A stretch of DNA of 64,000 nt from a virus (taxonomy: Duplodnaviria; Caudoviricetes): positions 128,001 through 192,000 of IMG/VR virus record IMGVR_UViG_3300037722_000745. One strand, written 5' to 3'. Made by a program: the position numbers and the translations under genes. The notes under the pieces were generated by a model. It saw nothing but the letters and a program-made list of their open reading frames with translations, was not told where the DNA came from and searched no databases. The stretch's first letter is position 1, and each line of letters starts with the position of its first letter. Below, piece after piece: positions 37,060 through 45,462 of this stretch.

Positions 37060-39872
37060 GCGAGCGGACGACCGTTCTCAGCCTTACCCTGATGAACACC
37101 AGAGGAGTCGTCGCTTCGATACGCATCCATGTAGGGCTCGTCCGCATCCGTCTGATGAGGCTGCTGGGGATTTTCAAACGTATCCATGTAGGGCTCGTCC
37201 GTCTCCCGTTGGATCACCTGCGCCTGACGGATCGTCATGGAATTCTCACCGTAGGCCGCCACCTCCAGCTCATCAGCAATTCGGTCAATCTCGTTGACTA
37301 GACCCTTTGCCTGCTCGAACCCCATACCCCACTTCCCATGTTGCTCTTGGACCGTTGAAGCAACGCGATCCAAACGAGCCAACAGGCGATCAGCCATAGT
37401 GGTCTCTAACTCGATCTTCTTGGGCATCTCATTCCTCACTGTTCTCGCGGGTGACCCCGCCGTAACCGTTGTCAGAGTCTCGTCGAGCGACTTACCTGCG
37501 AGTCGAGCGAGCAAGTCGTTGTAGACTTTAGGGTGGATCGCATTGCGGTAGTTATTTGCCTGGATCGCTAAATCAAGGGCTGCCCGCAATTGCGTGTCTC
37601 GAACGATCCCGTCGACCTGCTGAGACAAAACTGGGCTGTTTAGCCATTGTCTGGCCGCGGTGAGGATCCGATCCAAGTCGGCTTCGCCCAGATCCCTGGA
37701 CTGAGGCTGAGACCACCCCGGGTGCGTGACAACCTCGGGCTCGACTCCCCAGTAAACAGCCTGGCGGTTCCGTTCCATCGCAATAGTATCGGAATAAGTA
37801 AAAAACGACCCCACAAGAGACCGAACAGCCACCCTGGCCGCTGTTCGTCTCTGGAACCGCTCCCAAAGATCAAGCGAGGAGGCCGCTAACTCCTCTGGAT
37901 GCTGCCTCCTCAGGTCATAGTGGGGTGGTTTGACCGGCTCCTGAGGTTCTAGGATCCCCTCAGCCGCTAACCTATCCAAGGTCGACAAAGGGGGGTCGCT
38001 ATCATCCACACCATCGCGCAGCCGAGAAGAGTACTCCTGGTAATCGCGTTTGAACGCACGACGAGCGTGCTGTTTCGCTTCCTCGTACGCTCGCTGGGCT
38101 CGCTTGTACTGCTTCAACGCACGGTCGTAATACCGGTTATCCTCTTCGTCCAACAGCTCTTGTACAAGCGGCAGTTTCTCTGGGGCCAAAGTCCCCAAAT
38201 GTCTCATCACGCGGGCTCTGAACGTGGTCCCGGTGTCTTGAGAAAGACCTTCGGGGTACCGTAAAGCGCGGGCCCGAAGAAAATCCATCGCTTTAGCGAT
38301 CCGGGACGCAATCACATCCGGAGACTGCCGCTCAGAGATATGGTCCTCAGACCTGGGATCTAGGAACCGTCTACGAGCCTCATTGTAATCGTGAGCCTGA
38401 AAATACCCGACCGCCAGCCGCTGAGACGCCGGGTCCTTTACGGCCCTCAACACCTTCTTGACCGCCCCCGCGGACACAGGCTTTACAGAGCCAGGAGAGG
38501 CTTCCAGGCCCTTGTAGAACAGCGCCTCGGCCTCATGGGTAGCCCGTTTCTGGCGAGCCTCTGGAGCCTCGCCATGCCCCGTCAGCATGAAAGACGCTAG
38601 ATCGCTAGCTAACTCTCTAGGCGCTCCCGCCTTGTGTTCTAATGTGTCCCCAATCACACGATGAGCCGCAAGACTCATCGCAACCGTCTGGAGCTGGTGC
38701 CTTCTCAACGCTTCGGCTTGCTTCTCACCGTCCAATTCCCCAAATGGAACGTCCCTACCGTCCCTGGAAACCGTTTTCGGAGGTCGAACCTGATTTGGGT
38801 TAGTCGTGTAGAATCTGGAGACTGCAGACCTCAAACCCTCAACATTACTAGGTTTTATGGGGAGAGAGCGAGCTTTGTGGTAGTCGCCGATAAGCGTGGA
38901 CACCTCATCCGGGTGCAACGGGGGCCTGATTAGCAGCAGATCGACAGCTACATCCGCTGGAAACGTCCTGACGATCTGCAGCTTAGCCTCGTCCCGTTCT
39001 CCCCTCGAAACTGGCCTTCCAGGGCTCCCCTTGGGCGGTAGAGGTTCACGAGGACCTTGAGGCTGGGGTCTGCCCCCACCGCCCGATGGAGGCCCTTGTG
39101 GGGGCTCAGGAGAAGGTTTACGGGAGGGTTGACCTGAACTCGGGGCTAAACTCGGCTTGTACAACAAGGATTGCTGAAGGTCGCCTAAAGTGACAATGCC
39201 TTTTGGCGGCGTTCGGCCCCTCAAGAACTGCTCGACGGGGATCTCCGGACGAGCCTTCGCCATCTGAAACATATCAGCGTTCGGGTTCGTGAAATCCTTG
39301 AGGACAGCGGCAAACTCTTCGTCTGCTTTTGCCATCTCTTGCAACGACTGATGCAGCTTCTCGTAGTTCTTAGGCCCCGCTCTAGGCTTGGGCTCCACTT
39401 CGGGTGTGGTTGTTGTCTCCTCGTCGTGCTCTAGCTCCTCATACTTACCTGGCTCCCTACGCAACGTATCCGGAGACACCTGAACAACCTGACGGGGGTT
39501 CGATTTCAGACGGACCGTGATCAGGTCACGCTTCTCTGAGCCCCCTATGGTCTTGTAGTTCTTCGACAGGTCAGGATCGCTCTCAACCGTGTCAGGATCC
39601 TTCAAGTCTGGATCCTGATCAGTCTCAACACGCTCCCGACGGCGGTCGTGACGAGGCGGTTTGACCTTAGGGCTCGTACGAACCAGACGCTCGATCTCCT
39701 CGTCCTCACGTTCCCCCTCAGATTTGGTAGCGAATCTACGCGCCACTTCGTTCCGAGAGGGCCGCAGGGTCTCTTCACCCGTGAGCAAAGGACCACCAGC
39801 GTGAATATCCACCTTCGGCGGTTCCTCCGCCACAAGCTGGCGCAGTCTTTCGTGAGAGATCCCGATCCTCAT
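37053..39872 (-). CDS. Large multi-module hypothetical protein with Pro-rich linker, putative head protein
   Basis: 939-aa ORF directly after the portal; modules bounded by FQRRTAARVAVR; C-terminal repeat DEPYMDTF/DEPYMDAY. Confidence 0.65.
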   Translation of the reverse strand: MRIGISHERLRQLVAEEPPKVDIHAGGPLLTGEETLRPSRNEVARRFATKSEGEREDEEIERLVRTSPKVKPPRHDRRRERVETDQDPDLKDPDTVESDPDLSKNYKTIGGSEKRDLITVRLKSNPRQVVQVSPDTLRREPGKYEELEHDEETTTTPEVEPKPRAGPKNYEKLHQSLQEMAKADEEFAAVLKDFTNPNADMFQMAKARPEIPVEQFLRGRTPPKGIVTLGDLQQSLLYKPSLAPSSGQPSRKPSPEPPQGPPSGGGGRPQPQGPREPLPPKGSPGRPVSRGERDEAKLQIVRTFPADVAVDLLLIRPPLHPDEVSTLIGDYHKARSLPIKPSNVEGLRSAVSRFYTTNPNQVRPPKTVSRDGRDVPFGELDGEKQAEALRRHQLQTVAMSLAAHRVIGDTLEHKAGAPRELASDLASFMLTGHGEAPEARQKRATHEAEALFYKGLEASPGSVKPVSAGAVKKVLRAVKDPASQRLAVGYFQAHDYNEARRRFLDPRSEDHISERQSPDVIASRIAKAMDFLRARALRYPEGLSQDTGTTFRARVMRHLGTLAPEKLPLVQELLDEEDNRYYDRALKQYKRAQRAYEEAKQHARRAFKRDYQEYSSRLRDGVDDSDPPLSTLDRLAAEGILEPQEPVKPPHYDLRRQHPEELAASSLDLWERFQRRTAARVAVRSLVGSFFTYSDTIAMERNRQAVYWGVEPEVVTHPGWSQPQSRDLGEADLDRILTAARQWLNSPVLSQQVDGIVRDTQLRAALDLAIQANNYRNAIHPKVYNDLLARLAGKSLDETLTTVTAGSPARTVRNEMPKKIELETTMADRLLARLDRVASTVQEQHGKWGMGFEQAKGLVNEIDRIADELEVAAYGENSMTIRQAQVIQRETDEPYMDTFENPQQPHQTDADEPYMDAYRSDDSSGVHQGKAENGRPLAP

Positions 39873-39892
39873 ACCTTTTGTAGGACCCCATC

Positions 39893-39901
39893 CATCGAAA
39901 G
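39893..39901 (-). promoter_or_regulatory. Candidate late-promoter motif CTTTCGATG
   Basis: Immediately after the portal stop codon, 21 nt upstream of 39872. Confidence 0.35.
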
Positions 39902-39902
39902 A

Positions 39903-42900
39903 CTAGAAACGCGGATCCTGGGCCTCTTCCTCCGGCTTACGCTGCAGCTTGAGGGTCTCAATGATCTTCTCGGCAACGTTCGTCTGCTCCACGATCTCTT
40001 GAGCCACCGTGCTGTAGATAGCCCGTAACACCTCGTTGAACAGAGCATCGTTTACAGTGAACAGATCCTTCTCCAGCTTAACCCGCGTGTCATCTGCATC
40101 GATGTTGAACATCTCCAAAATGAGACTGATGTCGATCGAACCCTTGTTGTAGAGGTTGAACAAGGCATCGTACGTGTCCTGAGAGTCCCTAAGAGGAAGT
40201 CGCGTGAACGACAACCTGGGGTACAGCACAACTTCCTCACCCCACGCGTTCTTCTCGACAAAGCCTTTCCGACGGGAGACCGGTTCAAATAGGTAGCGTT
40301 CAACATACTCTTGAACCATCTCACGAAGGAAGAGGTACCGAGTGTTGATCACCTCCAACTTAAGACGATCACCTGAATAGAGAGTCTCCCCAGACAGCAA
40401 ACTCTCCGTGACCCCCAAGCCAGCGTAGAGTTGTTTATCCGTGATCTCATACTCACTCGACAGATCAAGCAAGCGATCTCTGGCTCCCATTTCCTCCCAT
40501 CGAACCTCATAGTTGGTCACGATAGAGTAGTCTGGGTCGACCAAAGCAAGGTCCACTTGCTCCCTCAAGTCCATAACGTCAACTTCGGAGATCCGATCAC
40601 CCCAGATGATCCGTTTAGGCGTCATCGCCCGGGAAGCAATCTGAGTCTGCGCTTGCCGTAGCTTCTCCCGATACATGAGAGTTCGGAGGACCCGGTCCAA
40701 GATGCTCTGACCCAATGGTTCTCCGGCCCCTCGACGTCCAGCCATGTAGTAGCAAAAAGAGCCCTCGTCCGGATCTGTCCCCAGAGGAATGAGCTTCCCC
40801 TGCTCCATGTAATCACGAACTTCCGCAGGTAATTCCCTGACCACCATCTCCGCGAATTCATCCCCCGACCTAGCCTGCTCAATCAAAGCCCGATCCTTAT
40901 CGGAGGGGATCAGCTCGATCCTCATTTTGTCGGTGAACGAGTGTGCCGTCGTCGCTTTGACTCGATCAATGGGTATGATTATCAGGCGGTCCCAGCCTTT
41001 GTACTCTTTCTGGTAGTGCCCGAGTTCCTGGTTTTCGCGGTCCTCACGCTCTACAAGGCCGATCTCCGGTTCCTCTTTGGCTTCACCGTCCTCCGTGACG
41101 ATGTATTTAACTCCAACCTGCTTCTGGTCGTAGCCAAGCTCCGCAGGGACGTCTACTTCGGAATCCTCTGCGAAGATAAAACAATTGTGTGTGCTAACAA
41201 AACCAGCCCTGAAAGTGTGGTCGCGGTCTACTTGGAAGTTGTATACGGTCTCATCGGGATAACCTTCCACACCCCTAATCAACAAGGCCACTTGGCCTGC
41301 CACGCGTTTGTAGGAAGTGTGACGCGATACCCATTTGGATTGAGCTAGAAGCCGATCCGCTTTGGTCGCGTACTTACACAACCGACGGCTTTCATCCTCG
41401 TCGTTCACAGTCAGAACGTACGACGGCCCATTCGATTGCACCCGCTGACCATCGATATACGAATCTGAGGCGGGCGGGGCTACACGTAAAGACGGAACAC
41501 TCCCAACACGTAGAAACAGATCTCTGATGTGGTAGATGAGCCCTTCGGACACCATACTCAGTTGCACCACAGAGTTAGTTGTCGTCCCAACTGACACGCA
41601 ACCGTCTGAGTCGATCAACCCCGCAACTAAATGCAACTGCTTGTCTGCTGGCAACTGCATGACCCAATTGGGGATACGTTTCGGATTGGGGCCTTTCGAC
41701 GTGCACCCGAATTGAGAAGCCCACCACTCCACAAAAGCAGGATTATGAGTCACAGCCAGAGACACACACTCTCGGTCGGTTCTCTCATAAACTCTCTCTG
41801 AGCCAAACCACTGATCTAGGATCCAACGGACACGTTCCCTGTGCGTGTTCGACTCAGACCCAAAACATACGGACCAGACACCGCGGCCCCACGAGGAGCG
41901 ACTTGTATCACGAGTCAAAGTCCCATCCCCCAGCCAATACCCCAGTAGGTAAAGGAAATCAGCGTCGACAGGAAGTTCTCGCGGAGCTTGGAAACGGTAG
42001 TCTCGGTTGATCTCGTAGTACCAACTATTTTCCTCGCCCGACCAGAGAGGCAGCCAAAGTGTGTGGTCTCCGTGTTTAGGACCGGTCGCAACCCTGCGGC
42101 GGAAGGGGTACGGAAGTTCCTGATCAAGGGTCAAGATGACATTGTGGAGCGTGTAAAGAGGGACCCCGAGTTCTTCCGCTATAGACGCTCGGGATCGCCT
42201 AACCGGTTCTTGTAGAGAGCACAACCACGACAACAAACCCAACCGAGCCCTGGCCGCGTTCTCAGATCGGGGTCTGACCTGAGTTCGAGTTACTCTGTAC
42301 CCACCGTCACAAGGTTCCACGAACGCGGGTAATGGATCCAATAGGGACACCTCGGACACGTCGGCTTCACCTACAGGCCACGTAGCTCGAACGAAATCCC
42401 CTTCTCTAAGGTCTCCAGTTTCAATGAACTCAAACCGATCACCTCGAACCACCTCGATGGGATGTTCTCTTGTCAAGTTCAAGCGACCAGGAAGTCGTGC
42501 GATGTCAAGGCTAAGGATATCCTCGCCCGCTCGTTGTTGGACGGCTTCAACCGTTCGCCAGCGCCCTGTGTGTGTTAAAACCTGATCCCCAAGCCCTATC
42601 TCATCCGCCCTCCGCTCTCCGCTGGGAGTAGAGATCAGCGTCTCACCCGTCACGCACCCGCCGTCCAACCAGTAGTGGTGGACCATGGTGACTAAGCGTT
42701 GGAACAGCTTGATCTTGTCACACATGCGAGTGAAAAACCAAAGGATGTAGTTGGCGTAGTCGTGGGTGTCCTTAAAACGTTCCGGATGCGTTTGAGGCTT
42801 TGGAGTCGCCAACCGGACCTTGGACAATGGCAGTTCTGTGTGGAGGTCGATCGACTGACCTACGATCGGATCTGTGTTGTAGAAGTGGCGATAGATCTCC

Positions 42901-43181
42901 CGCTTCTCGCGAAGGGACTGCGGCAATTCGAGGAAGTCGGTGGAGAGCTGGGGCGAAAAGAACTGCCCGTGACTCGCCATCGTCGTATTGAGACTCCCGC
43001 CAAATCCCCCACCAAGACCGAAGTTAGCCACGCGTTGTTGGCTTTTCAGCGCTCTCGCGGCTCTCTCCTTAGGGGTCAGATTGCTGATCGGCCCCTTTGA
43101 AGTGAACGGTGGTGGTGATGAGGCAGATGACGTGATCACCACGGATTGGGGTCGAACATTCGAGAATTGCCTGGGCATCAC
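39903..43181 (-). CDS. Portal protein with one intein; about 601 aa after splicing
   Basis: Position downstream of terminase; RHFYNTDPIVGQSIDLHTELPLSK, GQSILDRVLRTL and YAGLGVTESLLSG segments fit portal layout. Confidence 0.8.
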   Translation of the reverse strand: MMPRQFSNVRPQSVVITSSASSPPPFTSKGPISNLTPKERAARALKSQQRVANFGLGGGFGGSLNTTMASHGQFFSPQLSTDFLELPQSLREKREIYRHFYNTDPIVGQSIDLHTELPLSKVRLATPKPQTHPERFKDTHDYANYILWFFTRMCDKIKLFQRLVTMVHHYWLDGGCVTGETLISTPSGERRADEIGLGDQVLTHTGRWRTVEAVQQRAGEDILSLDIARLPGRLNLTREHPIEVVRGDRFEFIETGDLREGDFVRATWPVGEADVSEVSLLDPLPAFVEPCDGGYRVTRTQVRPRSENAARARLGLLSWLCSLQEPVRRSRASIAEELGVPLYTLHNVILTLDQELPYPFRRRVATGPKHGDHTLWLPLWSGEENSWYYEINRDYRFQAPRELPVDADFLYLLGYWLGDGTLTRDTSRSSWGRGVWSVCFGSESNTHRERVRWILDQWFGSERVYERTDRECVSLAVTHNPAFVEWWASQFGCTSKGPNPKRIPNWVMQLPADKQLHLVAGLIDSDGCVSVGTTTNSVVQLSMVSEGLIYHIRDLFLRVGSVPSLRVAPPASDSYIDGQRVQSNGPSYVLTVNDEDESRRLCKYATKADRLLAQSKWVSRHTSYKRVAGQVALLIRGVEGYPDETVYNFQVDRDHTFRAGFVSTHNCFIFAEDSEVDVPAELGYDQKQVGVKYIVTEDGEAKEEPEIGLVEREDRENQELGHYQKEYKGWDRLIIIPIDRVKATTAHSFTDKMRIELIPSDKDRALIEQARSGDEFAEMVVRELPAEVRDYMEQGKLIPLGTDPDEGSFCYYMAGRRGAGEPLGQSILDRVLRTLMYREKLRQAQTQIASRAMTPKRIIWGDRISEVDVMDLREQVDLALVDPDYSIVTNYEVRWEEMGARDRLLDLSSEYEITDKQLYAGLGVTESLLSGETLYSGDRLKLEVINTRYLFLREMVQEYVERYLFEPVSRRKGFVEKNAWGEEVVLYPRLSFTRLPLRDSQDTYDALFNLYNKGSIDISLILEMFNIDADDTRVKLEKDLFTVNDALFNEVLRAIYSTVAQEIVEQTNVAEKIIETLKLQRKPEEEAQDPRF
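41184..42656 (-). mobile_element. LAGLIDADG intein (491 aa) in the portal
   Basis: CVTGETLI start, TREHPI block B, LLGYWLGDG and VAGLIDSDG motifs, VYNFQV...VSTHN/C end. Confidence 0.95.
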
Positions 43182-43654
43182 TCACCTATAGACAGATCCT
43201 GTCCATACAAATCTATCAAGGATTCCATTGGGCTCCGCTGAACTGCCTTGCTCTGAGCCTCTTTTTGAGCCTTCCGCTCACGCCTTTGCCTCATGAGCAT
43301 CTCTCCCTCTTTTTCAGCTTCTATGAGAGAGATGCGCTCCAAAATACGAGACGATCGACTAGCCCGCATTGAGATCTGATCGATCGACCCAGCGAACCTG
43401 GTCATCACGTTAGCGTAGGTTAGATAGATCGCCGTGGTGTCATCTGACGTGGATCTGCGGGTCCTTTGTACTATCCCCGCAGCTAAGAGATGTATCCGCT
43501 TCCCACGGTCGCGGATCTCTTCCTGCAATCGAGAAATCTCCGTGACCGTGCTAGCCACCGGAGTGAGATCGAACGGTCCGTTTTCAGCACTCACAATGTC
43601 GCCTGGATCCCTAGAAAGAACTGATTGACTGTTTGTGGGGTCTGCGTCACCCAC
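43178..43654 (-). CDS. Coiled-coil hypothetical protein
   Basis: 158-aa helical ORF overlapping the portal start. Confidence 0.5.
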   Translation of the reverse strand: MGDADPTNSQSVLSRDPGDIVSAENGPFDLTPVASTVTEISRLQEEIRDRGKRIHLLAAGIVQRTRRSTSDDTTAIYLTYANVMTRFAGSIDQISMRASRSSRILERISLIEAEKEGEMLMRQRRERKAQKEAQSKAVQRSPMESLIDLYGQDLSIGE

Positions 43655-44154
43655 CCTACACTGACCGCAGGCGCTAACCCACTGCCCGACAGAGACAGTT
43701 CATCCTCTTTTGTCCACAGCCCTCGAAGAGAGAAGTAAAGGGGGTCATTCGGGGCGTAGGCCAATGGGATGAATGGCGGACCCCCTAGCCTAGAAGCGTA
43801 TGTGAATTGCTCGTAGGAGGATGTCGACAACAGGGGGCTACCGGCAAACAGCACAGCATCCCCGTAATAGATCGATCCTCTAGTAGAGCTTACGTGTTGA
43901 TCTGCTGACTCATCCGAACCCCACACCAAGAAGCCACCGAACAAACCAGTAGAGTACGTGACCGTAAAGTGGTCTGAACTCACATCCACCCATTGGACAC
44001 CCTGCCCTCCAGGCCAACCGGCTTGTAACATGGCACCATCCACCCGCACCGGGAACGTGTCGTCCTTCACAAAGACAACACAGTCTCGGGACCGCACTAG
44101 ATCGATACCATGCGAATCGAACTGGAAAGTTCCTGCTGGAGGTGGGAATGGCAT
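43591..44154 (-). CDS. Decoration/cement-like protein, tandem paralog 3
   Basis: RDCVVFVK...GWPGGQGVQW...WGSDES...FSLRG..T.EDE. Confidence 0.6.
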   Translation of the reverse strand: MPFPPPAGTFQFDSHGIDLVRSRDCVVFVKDDTFPVRVDGAMLQAGWPGGQGVQWVDVSSDHFTVTYSTGLFGGFLVWGSDESADQHVSSTRGSIYYGDAVLFAGSPLLSTSSYEQFTYASRLGGPPFIPLAYAPNDPLYFSLRGLWTKEDELSLSGSGLAPAVSVGWVTQTPQTVNQFFLGIQATL

Positions 44155-44672
44155 CAGATGAATGTCTGCAGCATGAGGTAGTTGTTGTTGCTTGGGTTCG
44201 GGGCCTGAATCACAGACCCAACGACGTTGTCGTTAGGGGCTCTAGGATCTCCGCTGATCGTCCATTCGTCTTGGGATGTGCACAGCCCGCGTAATGAAAA
44301 CTTCACGTGAGTGCCTGGGATGTACACATTCTCTACTAGCGGTGGCACAAGACGAGACTGCAGGGTGTACTGTTCGAAGGTCCGCGTCGCAATGATCCAC
44401 GTGCCCACACACGCAACCGCATACCCGTACCGCGGTTGACTGCCTGTATACGCAACGAACTGGTCGCTATCCTCATTGGACCCCCACAACAGAAATGCCG
44501 CCGGCAACCCATCGGAGAAGTCCAATAAGAACTCATCCGAACCGGTAGGAGCCCAAACGACCCCCTGGCCTCCAGGCCAACCGGCAGCAGACATAGCCGC
44601 CGTTACTCGACACGGGTAGGTCAAGTCCTTGACCAACACAACTACATCCCGTGTGTAAGCACGTTCCGTCAT
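44154..44672 (-). CDS. Decoration/cement-like protein, tandem paralog 2
   Basis: RDVVVLVK...GWPGGQGVVW...WGSNED...FSLRG..T.QDEW..SGDPRAPN. Confidence 0.6.
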   Translation of the reverse strand: MTERAYTRDVVVLVKDLTYPCRVTAAMSAAGWPGGQGVVWAPTGSDEFLLDFSDGLPAAFLLWGSNEDSDQFVAYTGSQPRYGYAVACVGTWIIATRTFEQYTLQSRLVPPLVENVYIPGTHVKFSLRGLCTSQDEWTISGDPRAPNDNVVGSVIQAPNPSNNNYLMLQTFI

Positions 44673-45190
44673 AGCATGGCCTGAATCGTAAGGTAGTCAC
44701 TCCTCGAAGGAGTGGGCCTTTGAACTACCGCGCCGACATAATTGAGATTCGGAGCCCTAGGGTCTCCTGACAAATCCCACTCGTCCTCCACCGTGAAGTA
44801 CCCACGGAGAGAGAACCTGAGGCGATCACTAGCGTTGTACACAAGAGGTACTAACGGTCCTCCACCCGTACGGGATACATAGGTGTACCGCTCATACGTC
44901 GAAGTTGAGAAGATCCAACCCCCCGCGGCTAAGACCACAAAACGGTATGTGGGTTGGTTTCTTGTTGAGGCTGTGAAATCGTCCGACGACTCGTCCGATC
45001 CCCACAAAGCGAACCCACCAAACAACCCATCTGAAACGGTGGCTAGAAGACGATCCCCAACGGGATCCGTCCACACAAACCCCGAACCACCCAACCAACC
45101 AGAGGTAGCTGTGCTCTGTGAGACCTCTACAGTGAAACTGGGGCCTTTGTGGAACACAACCACATCCCGTGTACGAAAAATCTCTGGCAT
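44669..45190 (-). CDS. Decoration/cement-like protein, tandem paralog 1
   Basis: RDVVVFHK...GWLGGSGFVW...WGSDES...FSLRG..T.EDEW..SGDPRAPN. Confidence 0.6.
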   Translation of the reverse strand: MPEIFRTRDVVVFHKGPSFTVEVSQSTATSGWLGGSGFVWTDPVGDRLLATVSDGLFGGFALWGSDESSDDFTASTRNQPTYRFVVLAAGGWIFSTSTYERYTYVSRTGGGPLVPLVYNASDRLRFSLRGYFTVEDEWDLSGDPRAPNLNYVGAVVQRPTPSRSDYLTIQAML

Positions 45191-45438
45191 CAGATCATCT
45201 GGTCCGAACGTCGCTTACGTTCTGGCATCGATCCCCAACCTTTGAGGATCGCCTTCAACAACTCAATAGGGACCTGATCCCCCAAAGCGAACTGCTCCCA
45301 TCGACCTCCACACCGTCTGAACACTATCCGAATCGCCAAATAGTCCTGAGGATCAAGGATGACGTCGTCCGACACCAATTGATCAACCATCAACCTAATG
45401 ATCTTGTTGGAAAAAACCTTTGGAGCGTCATCGTCCAT
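45190..45438 (-). CDS. Hypothetical protein
   Basis: 82-aa ORF coupled (TGATG) to the downstream gene. Confidence 0.5.
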   Translation of the reverse strand: MDDDAPKVFSNKIIRLMVDQLVSDDVILDPQDYLAIRIVFRRCGGRWEQFALGDQVPIELLKAILKGWGSMPERKRRSDQMI

Positions 45439-45462
45439 AGAGGCGTACTCCCAAGAGGATCC

